NCBI GenBank assembly: GCA_965223345.1
Contig: CBDCWG010000012.1
Coordinates: 2,688,001-2,752,000, forward strand
Length of the DNA: 64,000 bases
Direction of reading: 5' to 3'
From: Nitrospinales bacterium
GTDB taxonomy: Bacteria > Nitrospinota > Nitrospinia > Nitrospinales > VA-1
Shown: in pieces, positions 7,965 to 17,070 of the stretch
Numbering within the stretch: the first letter of the stretch is position 1
Layout: every line of letters starts with the position of its first letter
Made by a program: the position numbers and the translations under genes
The notes under the pieces: generated by a model
What the model was told of the DNA's origin: nothing
Databases searched by the model: none
What the model saw: only the letters and a program-made list of their open reading frames with translations

Positions 7965-9794
7965 ATGAGCGAAATTTTCAAAATCAGCGACAAGGTGCAG
8001 GTGCTGCCGGTGGTGCACGGCAGCGGCAGCTACACGCGCGAGGTGCGTCAGCGCATCCTGGCTTCGGGCTGCGATTGTCTCGCGGTGGCCCTGCCGCCGG
8101 AATTTCAGGCCACCGTCGAAGAAGGCGTGCGGCATCTGCCGCTGATCTCCCTGAGCTGCGTGGAGGAGGCCGACGGCACCCAGAGCTACGTTCCCATCGA
8201 CCCGACCCAGCCGGTCATCATGGGGCTGAGGATCGCGTTGCAGGAAGGCATCCGGCGCGAGTTCATCGATCTCAGCGTGAAGTCCTTCGAACCGCGGCGC
8301 GTCGATTTCCCCGACACTTTCGCGCTGCGCGGGCTCTCGATGGAGCGGTTCAACGCGGCGCTTCTGCCCTTCATCGAACGGCCGCAGGCGGGTGGCCAGC
8401 ACGACAAACGCGCGCGCTGGATGGCGTATCAGCTCAACCGGCTGGAGGTGGAGCACAAAAAGATCGTCTTCATCTGCTCGATCCTCGACTGGCCGTGGAT
8501 CCGCGAGGCCTATCAGGAGCGCAAGCCTTACGACCCACCCGAGACGCCGGACGGCGTTCCGCACCTGTATGCGGTGGAGAAAAACACGCTGTTCTTCGCG
8601 CTGACGGAATTTCCCTACATCACCTATCTGTACGAGCGCAACCGCAAAGAGCTGCGGTCCGACAAGGACGTGATGCTCGACGGGGTGAAGGAGATCCTGC
8701 TCAGGGCGCGCGAGCTGTTTCTCAAGAAAAAGAGAGTGCGCTACCACAACCTTTCGACGCAGTCATTCCAGATATTTCTGCAGTACGTGCGCAACCTCAC
8801 GCTGATGGAAAGCCGTCTGACGCCGGATCTGTACACGATGGTCACGGCGGCCAAGCAGATCGGCGGCGACCGCTTCGCCATCGCGGTTCTCGATGCGGCG
8901 CGCGATTACCCGTACCAGAAACCGGAAGCGCTCGACACGCTGGCGCTGGGAATCGACCAGGCGGTGTTCGATCCGGAGGACAACAAGCCGGTGCGCATGA
9001 AAAACCGGCTGTCGGAGGTGCTGCTGGAATGGCGCACGCTCGATCTCAAGCCGGAGCCGGACATCGACAAGCAAACCAAATGGCGCTACCGCTGGAACCC
9101 GTTCGGGCAGTGTTCCTGGCCGCCGGAAGACGAAAAGATCGAAAACCTCAACACGCACGTGCGCGAGCAGTCGAAACTGCTGCTCAGCCACGATCTGGCG
9201 CGCACGGAAAAGTTCACCTCCTCGGTGAAGGACGGCATCGACATCCGCGACACGCTGCGCAACTGGCACACCGGCGACATCTATGTGAAAGAGATCCCGC
9301 CCTCGCGCGGCGAGGTGGAGGTGGTGGTGTTCCTGTTCGATCCGGAGCCGGACCCCATGCAGTACAGCTGGCGGCAGACCTGGTACGCGGAGCACGACGA
9401 GGAATCGACCCTGTGCTTTTACGCCACCGAGTACATGAACCAGCTGGTGGGGCCGGGAATCGGCGAGGCCACCTACGGCGGCTGCATGATGCTGTTTCCG
9501 CCGCGGCCGATCGCCAACGTCTGGGAGGACCCGATGATCCACATCGCCGACACGCTGGAAGAAAAACTGCTGGAGGCGGCATTTTACCATTCGCGCGAAC
9601 GCAACGTCACGGTGGTGTCCCCCTGCCCTCCACGGCCCAGCTGGCGGCGGCTGGCGCGGCTGTTTCAGAAAACCCTCATCCACATTCCGATGAAGCGTTT
9701 TTCCAATCAGACCCTGGAACGGGTGCGGCGCTTTCACGTGCTGAACGGCAAGGAGATCCGTTCCTTCGCGCAGCGGTTCATTCAGGATATCTAG
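7965..9794 (+). CDS. Conserved hypothetical protein, probable MoxR partner (TraB/YehM-like N terminus)
   Basis: 609 aa, strong coding bias; VLPVVHGS...DCLAVALP; co-oriented 35 bp after the ATPase. Confidence 0.7.
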   Translation: MSEIFKISDKVQVLPVVHGSGSYTREVRQRILASGCDCLAVALPPEFQATVEEGVRHLPLISLSCVEEADGTQSYVPIDPTQPVIMGLRIALQEGIRREFIDLSVKSFEPRRVDFPDTFALRGLSMERFNAALLPFIERPQAGGQHDKRARWMAYQLNRLEVEHKKIVFICSILDWPWIREAYQERKPYDPPETPDGVPHLYAVEKNTLFFALTEFPYITYLYERNRKELRSDKDVMLDGVKEILLRARELFLKKKRVRYHNLSTQSFQIFLQYVRNLTLMESRLTPDLYTMVTAAKQIGGDRFAIAVLDAARDYPYQKPEALDTLALGIDQAVFDPEDNKPVRMKNRLSEVLLEWRTLDLKPEPDIDKQTKWRYRWNPFGQCSWPPEDEKIENLNTHVREQSKLLLSHDLARTEKFTSSVKDGIDIRDTLRNWHTGDIYVKEIPPSRGEVEVVVFLFDPEPDPMQYSWRQTWYAEHDEESTLCFYATEYMNQLVGPGIGEATYGGCMMLFPPRPIANVWEDPMIHIADTLEEKLLEAAFYHSRERNVTVVSPCPPRPSWRRLARLFQKTLIHIPMKRFSNQTLERVRRFHVLNGKEIRSFAQRFIQDI

Positions 9795-9797
9795 CGC

Positions 9798-10268
9798 GTG
9801 CCGACACAACCCGAAAAACTATCGATCCGCGCCGGGCGTCCCGGCGATCTGGAAACACTGGTGCAATACAACCTCGCGCTGGCGCGCGAGACCGAATCGC
9901 TGACGCTCGATGCCGCCGTATTGCGTTCCGGTGTGGAAAAGGCGCTGGCGCGGCCGGAGAGCAGCCGCTACTTCGTCGCCGAAGCGAAAGAGAAAGTGAT
10001 CGGCCAGACGATGGTCACCTTCGAGTGGAGCGACTGGCGCGACGGGTTCATCTGGTGGCTGCAGAGCGTGTACGTGCATCCGGATCACCGCTCGCAGGGC
10101 GTGTTCCACAAAATCTACAGCCACATCGAGCAGGAAGCGCGCAAAGACCAGGCGGCGCGGGCCATCCGGCTTTACGTGATGGAAGACAACGCGCGCGGCA
10201 TGGGCGCGTACAAAAAAGCCGGCCTCGCCCCTTCGGGCTATGTCGTGTACGAGCGCGAGTTGGAGTGA
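9798..10268 (+). CDS. GNAT-family N-acetyltransferase
   Basis: VYVHPDHRSQGVF acetyl-CoA motif; LYVMEDNARGMGAYKKAG. Confidence 0.88.
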   Translation: MPTQPEKLSIRAGRPGDLETLVQYNLALARETESLTLDAAVLRSGVEKALARPESSRYFVAEAKEKVIGQTMVTFEWSDWRDGFIWWLQSVYVHPDHRSQGVFHKIYSHIEQEARKDQAARAIRLYVMEDNARGMGAYKKAGLAPSGYVVYERELE

Positions 10269-10278
10269 ACCCCACTCT

Positions 10279-10731
10279 CTATTTCGAGAATTGCCGGATA
10301 TACAGGATCAGCTGCCAGACCTGCTTTTCCTTGAGGTTGTCGTAGGAAGGCATGGAGGTGTGCGGGATTCCGTAGGTGATGGCCCAGAATAGTTGGCCGT
10401 CTGGAATGGAATTCATCGTCTCCGCGCAGGTGAAATTGCGCGGCACCGGGAAACTGTCCGACGCCATTTCGCCCAGGCCGTCGCCGAGCACGCCGTGGCA
10501 GTGCTTGCATTGCAGGGTCTTGGCTCTCACTTCGTATAAGAGTTTTCCCTTCTTCAGAGTTTTCGCACTCTTTTCCAGCGGATTGGTTTTTTGCAAGTAA
10601 TCGGCCGGGGCCTTCGGGGTTTTTTCCCGCGACTGCGGACATTGCGGGCTGGTCTCGGCGGCGGACACGCCGGGCGCGGCTTGCAGGAGCAGTATCAGCG
10701 CCATTCCTGAAATCGTGTTTCGCAATCGCAT
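10279..10731 (-). CDS. Periplasmic monoheme cytochrome c
   Basis: Signal peptide from ATG 10731; CKHCHG; PRNFT; DGQLFWAITYGIPHTSMPSY (Met ligand). Confidence 0.88.
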   Translation of the reverse strand: MRLRNTISGMALILLLQAAPGVSAAETSPQCPQSREKTPKAPADYLQKTNPLEKSAKTLKKGKLLYEVRAKTLQCKHCHGVLGDGLGEMASDSFPVPRNFTCAETMNSIPDGQLFWAITYGIPHTSMPSYDNLKEKQVWQLILYIRQFSK

Positions 10732-10754
10732 GGTCGATCTCTTTCGAGTGTGCT

Positions 10755-11339
10755 CTAGTTGACGGTGTCCGCGGAACCAAAGGAGAACGAGTGGTCGCCG
10801 CCGGAGCTGCGCAGCCGTTGCAGCGCCTGCTGAACGCGGTCGGGAAACGCGCGGTCGCATTCGTTGAGGTAGCGCATGACCGAGATCATCCAGTCGGATT
10901 CCTGCGGCGCGCGGATGAGGGCGATGTTTGCGTCCTCGAATTCGCGGCAGATCTTGTCCTCGGCCTGCGACAGGCTGGGCAGGGTTTCTTTCCTGTGAAT
11001 GGTGAGCGGGCGGATCGGGTCCACCTGGATCACTTCCAGTCCCTGGTATTCCTCGGGCACCACTTCGGTGACGAATTCCTCGATGGGCACGCCGCTGATG
11101 TCCATCCAGCCGGGGCGGCTGAGCGAGGCCACATACAACGGAGCCCGCTGGATTGCCGCGTGCTCGGCGTGACCGACGCGCAGGACGGTGGCGTCCGCGC
11201 CCGCCGGGCCGAACACCGCGAAATCCCAGCGGCCGTAGGTGAGCTGCGACTGCCGTTGCAGGATCTCGGTCTTCTCGAAAGCCTGAGTGATCTTCTCGAT
11301 GGCTTTTTTGTCTTTGGCTTTCAGCTTGAACTGCGGCAT
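10755..11339 (-). CDS. Hypothetical protein
   Basis: 194 aa, GAGG RBS, typical codon usage. Confidence 0.7.
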   Translation of the reverse strand: MPQFKLKAKDKKAIEKITQAFEKTEILQRQSQLTYGRWDFAVFGPAGADATVLRVGHAEHAAIQRAPLYVASLSRPGWMDISGVPIEEFVTEVVPEEYQGLEVIQVDPIRPLTIHRKETLPSLSQAEDKICREFEDANIALIRAPQESDWMISVMRYLNECDRAFPDRVQQALQRLRSSGGDHSFSFGSADTVN

Positions 11340-11510
11340 CGCGTTTTCCTCTGCGTATACTGCTATTATAACACGGGCGCGGGGCGGGCATTTTCATTAA
11401 TCCGTTTCCGGAGCCGCTTCATTCTGTTATACTTGCGGATGCGTTCTTCATCATCTCCGGGCGCGCCGATTCCGTTTGACACCCTTGACCCACCTTTTCA
11501 TCTCTCCTGA

Positions 11511-13076
11511 ATGGAGTCTAACAAAACAGTGAGCCGTGCGGCGGGCGCCGTCGGCAGCATGACGCTTTTGTCTCGGTTGTTCGGGCTGCTGCGCGATCTG
11601 GTGATCGGCATGAAGTTCGGCTCCTCCGCGGCGGCGGACGCGTTTTTCGTGGCTTTCCGCATCCCCAATGTGCAGCGGCGCATCCTCGGCGAGGGTGCGG
11701 TCAGCGCCGCGTTCATCCCGGTGTTCTCGGACGTGCTCAACACCAAGGGGGAGAAAGCCGCCTGGGAGATGGCGTCGAACCTGTTCAACATCTTCCTCAC
11801 GGTGCTGTTCCTGATGACCGCGGGCATCCTGTTTTTCAGCCCGGCGGTGATCACCGTGTTCGCGCCGGGATTTCTCGACGAGCCGGACAAGTTCGACCTG
11901 ACCGTCCGTCTCACCCGCTGGATGGCGCCGTACCTGTTTTTCATCGGCCTCGCCGCGTTCTGCATGGGCATCCTCAACACGTTTCAGAAATTCGCCCTGC
12001 CCGCTGCGGCGCCGGTGCTGCTGAACATCAGCATGATCCTCGGCGCGCTGGTGGTTTCGCCGATGCTGGAAGAACCCATCCTCGGTCTGGTGTTCGGTGT
12101 TCTCGCGGGCGGCGTGCTGCAGTTCATGGTGCAGTTGCCGGAGACGTTGAAGCGCGGTTTCCGCTTCACCGCCACCTTCGACCGCAAGCACCCGGATGTG
12201 GTGAAGGTCGGCAAGCTGCTGCTGCCGGTCATCTTCGGGCTGGCGGTGTACGAGTTGAACATGCTGGTGGACACGCTGCTGGCTTCGCTGCTGCCGGGCG
12301 GCTCGATCTCGTATCTCTACTACGGCAACCGGCTGGTGCAGCTACCGCTCGGCGTGTTCGGCGTGGCGCTGGGCGTGGCGATCCTGCCGACGCTGTCGGC
12401 GCATGCGGCGCGCAAGGAGTTCGCCGAGCTGATCCAGACGCTGGCGTTCGGCATCCGCTTCATCCTGTTCATCACCGTGCCCGCGACGGTGGGGCTCATC
12501 GTTCTGCGTTTCCCCATCGTCAACACGCTGTGGGAACGCGGCGAGTTTCAGCGCGCCACGACCGAGGGCACTGCGGTGGCGCTCTTGTATTATTCGATCG
12601 GGCTGTGCGCGTTCGCGGGCGTCAAGGTGGTGGCGCCGGCGTTTTTCTCGCTGCAGGACACGAAGACGCCGGTGCGTGTCGGCGTGTGGGCGGCGCTGCT
12701 CAACATCGGTCTCAATATCGCGCTCATGGGGCCGCTGCAGCACGGCGGCCTGGCGCTGGCGACGTCGCTGTCCGCCATCTTCAATGTGGTGCTGTTGATT
12801 TATTTCCTCAGAAAGCGGGTGGGGCTGATGGGCGGGCGCAAGATCCTCCAGTCCACGCTCAAGCTGGCTTTTTCGGCGACGCTCATGGGGATTTCCGTGC
12901 ACTACGCCAGCCTCTGGCTGTTCGATCCCGCAGCGGGACTGCTGGTGAAAATCGCGGTGCTCACCGGCTGCATCGGGCTGGGGACGGCGGTGTTCGCGGT
13001 TTTATCCTTCTTGCTGAAAAACGACGAGCTGATCTTCCTGATCGACCTGCTCAAAAAACGCCGCCCCGCCGCCTGA
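11511..13076 (+). CDS. murJ: Lipid II flippase MurJ (MviN)
   Basis: SRLFGLLRD, ADAFFVAFRIPN, GEGAVSAAFIP, RLVQLPLG; many TM helices. Confidence 0.95.
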   Translation: MESNKTVSRAAGAVGSMTLLSRLFGLLRDLVIGMKFGSSAAADAFFVAFRIPNVQRRILGEGAVSAAFIPVFSDVLNTKGEKAAWEMASNLFNIFLTVLFLMTAGILFFSPAVITVFAPGFLDEPDKFDLTVRLTRWMAPYLFFIGLAAFCMGILNTFQKFALPAAAPVLLNISMILGALVVSPMLEEPILGLVFGVLAGGVLQFMVQLPETLKRGFRFTATFDRKHPDVVKVGKLLLPVIFGLAVYELNMLVDTLLASLLPGGSISYLYYGNRLVQLPLGVFGVALGVAILPTLSAHAARKEFAELIQTLAFGIRFILFITVPATVGLIVLRFPIVNTLWERGEFQRATTEGTAVALLYYSIGLCAFAGVKVVAPAFFSLQDTKTPVRVGVWAALLNIGLNIALMGPLQHGGLALATSLSAIFNVVLLIYFLRKRVGLMGGRKILQSTLKLAFSATLMGISVHYASLWLFDPAAGLLVKIAVLTGCIGLGTAVFAVLSFLLKNDELIFLIDLLKKRRPAA

Positions 13077-13085
13077 ACCGCGGGG

Positions 13086-13113
13086 TTGTCAAAATCCCGC
13101 TATCCTCTATAAT
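13086..13113 (+). promoter_or_regulatory. Putative sigma70 promoter of thrH
   Basis: TTGTCA-16 nt-TATAAT. Confidence 0.5.
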
Positions 13114-13200
13114 GTCGCGGATTTCAACGCTCATTGCGGAAGGCCCCCGCCCCTGCTGCGGGTGGCGGCCGGTGTTTATTTCATTTGAAAGGATGTGTGC

Positions 13201-13821
13201 ATGATTGCCTGTCTGGATTTGGAAGGGGTCCTGGTGCCCGAAGTGTGGATCGCGTTTGCGGAAAAGACCGGGATCGAGAAACTGCGCCTGACGACGCGGG
13301 ACATCCCCGATTACGACGAACTGATGCGGGGCCGCCTGAAAATCCTGGCGGAGAACAATCTGAAGCTTAAGGATATTCAGAACGTCATCGGCGGGATCGC
13401 GCCGCTGCCGGGGGCGTTCGAGTTTTTACAATGGCTGCATTCGGAATTTCAGGTGATCATCCTTTCGGACACGTTCTACGAATTCGCGGGACCCTTGATG
13501 GCGCAGCTCAACCACCCGACGCTGTTCTGCCACAGCCTGGTGGTGGATGCGGATGGCCGCATTGCGGATTACAAGCTGAGGATCGACGACGGCAAGACCC
13601 GGGCGGTGGACGCACTCAAGAAGCTCAATTTCAGGGTGGTGGCGGCGGGGGATTCTTACAACGACACGGGCATGCTGAAAAAAGCCGACGCGGGGATTCT
13701 GTTTAGGCCGCCGGACAACGTGATCGAGGAGTTTCCGCAGTTTCCGGTGGCCCGCACCTACGATGAGTTCAAGGAAGCGCTGCTAGCGGCGCGCAAGTCG
13801 GTGGCGTCCGGGGTGGGTTGA
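13201..13821 (+). CDS. thrH: Phosphoserine phosphatase/homoserine phosphotransferase
   Basis: IACLDLEGVLVPEVW, LRLTTRDIPDYDELM, AAGDSYNDTGML (HAD family). Confidence 0.93.
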   Translation: MIACLDLEGVLVPEVWIAFAEKTGIEKLRLTTRDIPDYDELMRGRLKILAENNLKLKDIQNVIGGIAPLPGAFEFLQWLHSEFQVIILSDTFYEFAGPLMAQLNHPTLFCHSLVVDADGRIADYKLRIDDGKTRAVDALKKLNFRVVAAGDSYNDTGMLKKADAGILFRPPDNVIEEFPQFPVARTYDEFKEALLAARKSVASGVG

Positions 13822-13824
13822 GGT

Positions 13825-14358
13825 TCACTGGATTTCCGAATCGAGCGCCGCTTTCGGCACCCACCCGGTCTGACCCTTGAAGGCGATTTTCCACCATTCC
13901 TCGTTGCCGTCGAGGATGCTCACCTTGGTGCCCTTCTTTAAAGTGGCGACCAGTTTGGCTTTCTCCTCGGGTTTTTCGCGCATCTGGGCCTTGATGGTCT
14001 TGATGTTGTGGATGGTTTTGTAGTCCACCGAATGCGGTTGCACGGCTTCTCCCTCTGCGGAAGGCTGTGGAATGCGCGTCACTTCCTCTTTTTTCGCAAA
14101 CAGGCTGCTGAAATCGAAATCGATCTTGAACAGCGCGACCGCGCCGAATATCAGGACGATGAGCAGGATGCGGAAACCCGCCTGACCGAAGCTCATGCCC
14201 TCATCGACTTCCTCCTCGGGCGGATTGGGCGGGCCGCAATGCGGGCAAAACGCCGCGCCGGCGGGAATGATGCCGCGGCAGTCGGAGCAGTATTCCTGCC
14301 CGTCTCCGTTTCCGTAGGGTTTTCTGCGGTTCGCGTCTTCGATCAAAGAATCGTTCAT
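13825..14358 (-). CDS. Zinc-ribbon, TM helix and SH3 domain protein
   Basis: CSDC...FCPHCG; hydrophobic helix; WWKIAFKGQTGWV. Confidence 0.75.
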   Translation of the reverse strand: MNDSLIEDANRRKPYGNGDGQEYCSDCRGIIPAGAAFCPHCGPPNPPEEEVDEGMSFGQAGFRILLIVLIFGAVALFKIDFDFSSLFAKKEEVTRIPQPSAEGEAVQPHSVDYKTIHNIKTIKAQMREKPEEKAKLVATLKKGTKVSILDGNEEWWKIAFKGQTGWVPKAALDSEIQ

Positions 14359-14362
14359 GGCC

Positions 14363-15874
14363 TCAGTCCAGTTTGTACAAGTCGGTGTATTTTTTTTCCA
14401 GATACTCGATGAAATGCGCGGGGTTGAGCGTCTCTCCGGTGACCCGCCCGGTCAATTCGCTGGCGCTGAACAGACTGCCCTGACTGTGGATCTTCGCGTT
14501 CAGCCAGTTTTTCACCACTGAAAAATTTTGCTTTTCGACCTGCGCTTCAGTATCGGGTATTTCCTTTTTCATTGCCAGATAAAACTGACTGGCGTACATG
14601 GCGCCGAGCGTGTAGGACGGGAAATATCCGAACGAGCCGCCGCTCCAGTGCACATCCTGCAGAACGCCCAGCGTGTCGGTGGGCGGGGTGATTCCGAGGT
14701 ACTGCTGCATCTTTTCGTTCCAGACGCCGGGCAGATCATCCACCGCGAGCGAGCCGTCGAACAGGCCTCTCTCGATTTCGTAGCGCAAGATGATGTGCAA
14801 GGGATAGGTGACTTCATCGGCCTCCACGCGGATGAAGGAAGGCTGGCAGACGTTCACCGCTTTGTACAGCGCATCGGCGGTGACGCCGGTGAAGTTTTGC
14901 GGAAACGTTGCGCGCAGGGAGTCCAGGATGCCGGCGCAGAACGCCCGGCTCTGGGCGATCATGCGTTCCCAGAACAGCGACTGGGATTCGTGGATGCCCA
15001 TGGTCAGCGTTTCGGTAACCGGCAGATCGCCCTCCATGCGACCCTGCTCGTACAGGCCGTGGCCGGTTTCGTGGATCACGGCGTACAGGGATTCGATGAA
15101 GTTGTCGGTGCGGTAGCGCGTGGTGATGCGCACGTCGGTCTGGTGCCCGCCGCCGCAGAAGGGATGCACGGAGGTGTCGATGCGGCCGTGGTCGAACGAA
15201 AAGCCCATGGCGCGGCTCACCGATTTTCCCAGCGCTTCCTGCTTTTCGATAGGAAATTCGCCTTCGAGAAACGAAACGTCCGGCGGGCTGCCGTTGTCCT
15301 TGATGTTTTGGATGAGCGGAATCAGCCGCGCTTTGACGGTGTCGAAGATCGGTGTGATGGCGGCCATCGTGGTGCCACGCTCAAAAATGTCGATGTTGGC
15401 GTCGTAGGGCGCAAGATCGGGAAACACGCAGTGCGCCCATTCGGTCTTCAGGGCGACGAAGCGTTTGAGCGTCGGGGCGAAATCGGCGAAGCGGTCATCC
15501 TGCCGGGCCTGTGCCCAGACGGCATGGCCCCGCGAGCCGAGTTCGGCCAGCTCCTGCACCAGTTTCTTGGGCACGCGGGTGTCCAGATCGTAATCGCGCT
15601 TGGCCTCGCGGATGTTGCACCACTGATGCGCGTCGAAGCCCTCCGGGCCTTGCGCGTGCAGGGTTTCCAGGCACTCGCCCAGTCCGGGGTCGGTGGATTT
15701 TTCGTGCAGCACCCCGGCCAGCGCCGCCATCTGCCTGGCGCGCGCCTCGGACGATCCGGCGGGCATTACGACCTCCTGATCCCAGTGCAGCGTCGCCATG
15801 ACCCCGCCGAGACGGGAAATCTCTTCCAGTTTCTCGATGAGGCTTGTGTACACGTCCTGCGTGGCTGTGGTCAT
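14363..15874 (-). CDS. Carboxypeptidase M32 (Taq family)
   Basis: HPF, DVRITTRY, HETGH, HESQS, IRVEADE, QDVHW, GYFPSYTLG. Confidence 0.95.
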   Translation of the reverse strand: MTTATQDVYTSLIEKLEEISRLGGVMATLHWDQEVVMPAGSSEARARQMAALAGVLHEKSTDPGLGECLETLHAQGPEGFDAHQWCNIREAKRDYDLDTRVPKKLVQELAELGSRGHAVWAQARQDDRFADFAPTLKRFVALKTEWAHCVFPDLAPYDANIDIFERGTTMAAITPIFDTVKARLIPLIQNIKDNGSPPDVSFLEGEFPIEKQEALGKSVSRAMGFSFDHGRIDTSVHPFCGGGHQTDVRITTRYRTDNFIESLYAVIHETGHGLYEQGRMEGDLPVTETLTMGIHESQSLFWERMIAQSRAFCAGILDSLRATFPQNFTGVTADALYKAVNVCQPSFIRVEADEVTYPLHIILRYEIERGLFDGSLAVDDLPGVWNEKMQQYLGITPPTDTLGVLQDVHWSGGSFGYFPSYTLGAMYASQFYLAMKKEIPDTEAQVEKQNFSVVKNWLNAKIHSQGSLFSASELTGRVTGETLNPAHFIEYLEKKYTDLYKLD

Positions 15875-16087
15875 GGTTTTCGAAACGAAACGTTTTCAAA
15901 GGCTTTTGTTTTCGCCCGGATAGAGCGATCCTTTTGAAAATGTACCGCAAAGTGGCCGGGGACGCAAAAAAAACAAGATGAAACGCCGGCTGTAAAAAGA
16001 AAAGCGGGCTTCACACCCGTTTCTTTTTTGCGGTGTTATAATCCCGTTTGAATTTTTTTCATTCACTTATTTGGGAATGCAGACATC

Positions 16088-16339
16088 ATGAACGCAGAGA
16101 ACGAAACGGTGGCATCGATACAGGCGCGGCTGGATGTGCTGGAAAAGGGCATGGTGAGCGAGGAGAACTCGGTGCAGTATTACGACACACTGATCGAGAA
16201 AACCCCGGAAGACAGTGAAGAAAACCGCGGCAAACGGCGCATGTACGCGGACCTCAAGCAGGAGGAGATGAAGCACGTGGAGCGGTTCCGGGAGTTGATC
16301 GCCTTCTGGGAGGGAAAACTGCGCGACCTGCAAGGATAG
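16088..16339 (+). CDS. Small ferritin-like (half-rubrerythrin) protein
   Basis: Two helices with EENSVQYY and EEMKH (ExxH). Confidence 0.65.
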   Translation: MNAENETVASIQARLDVLEKGMVSEENSVQYYDTLIEKTPEDSEENRGKRRMYADLKQEEMKHVERFRELIAFWEGKLRDLQG

Positions 16340-16382
16340 GACGGGTGTTTTCTGAAATGCGATATCGACTCGGGAGCGTGGT

Positions 16383-16790
16383 GTGACTGGAAAAAAAGCC
16401 GGATCCTGTTTGTGCAAACAGGTTCACTTCGAAATCGAAGGCAATTTTGATCGCTTCTATCTCTGCCACTGCGATCGCTGCCGCAAGGACACCGGCTCGG
16501 CGCATGCGGCAAATTTATTTTCATGGACAGCCAGGCTCAAATGGATATCGGGACAGGAAAATGTCAAAACGTTTCAGCTTCCCGCCACGCGATACGTCAG
16601 AAGCTTTTGCACCACCTGCGGCTCGGCGATGCCGAATCTGCAAATGGAAGGAAAACTCCTGGTGGTTCCGGCCGGCAGCCTGGATGACCGGTTGTCGATG
16701 ATACCCACGGCTCATATTAATATTTCCGACAAAGCCGACTGGGATGAAGATTTGGAAAAAATCCCCCGGTTTGCAGAGCTGCCGGGTTAG
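16383..16790 (+). CDS. GFA/CENP-V family protein
   Basis: GSCLC, CHCDRCRK, RSFCTTCGS. Confidence 0.88.
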   Translation: MTGKKAGSCLCKQVHFEIEGNFDRFYLCHCDRCRKDTGSAHAANLFSWTARLKWISGQENVKTFQLPATRYVRSFCTTCGSAMPNLQMEGKLLVVPAGSLDDRLSMIPTAHINISDKADWDEDLEKIPRFAELPG

Positions 16791-16921
16791 TTTTGATGGG
16801 GCGGCAAGACAGGAAGCCCCGTCAAAAAGTACTCATCCGTATCCGTGACACTCTCCCGGCCCCCCTGCCATCCCCTTGAAAAACCCTCGGTTTTCCGGGT
16901 TGCCCCCGCTTCCCTTAGCGA

Positions 16922-16950
16922 TTGACTTTGTTTGATCCGTGAATTACAAT
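16922..16950 (+). promoter_or_regulatory. Sigma70 promoter of the iron permease operon
   Basis: TTGACT-17 nt-TACAAT. Confidence 0.7.
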
Positions 16951-16968
16951 TGATAACTATTCTCATTA
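16948..16968. promoter_or_regulatory. Fur box
   Basis: TGATAAC-T-ATTCTCA (16951-16965) versus the 7-1-7 consensus TGATAAT-N-ATTATCA, upstream of an FTR1 permease. Confidence 0.8.
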
Positions 16969-17070
16969 TTAATATTTCGCGGATGCGGCAGCCGCATCTA
17001 TATAACATATTGATTTATATAAATTTACTCTCAACACTCCCGCCTTCGGGATAGACAGGGTGCCAATTCC

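Noticed and set aside
7895..10345. 816-aa ORF, and similar long Arg/Ala/Gly-rich or antisense ORFs (16969-19224, 33093-34694, 35381-37045, 40966-43266, 48098-49816)
   Set aside because: Each overlaps genes with better coding evidence in another frame or strand.
10732..11397. N-terminal 220 aa of the 372-aa cytochrome ORF
   Set aside because: Overlaps the 10755-11339 gene in another frame; the signal peptide indicates the true start at 10731.
15994..16029. A/T-flanked hairpin as a terminator
   Set aside because: Lies between divergent gene starts, so nothing obvious terminates there; function cannot be supported.
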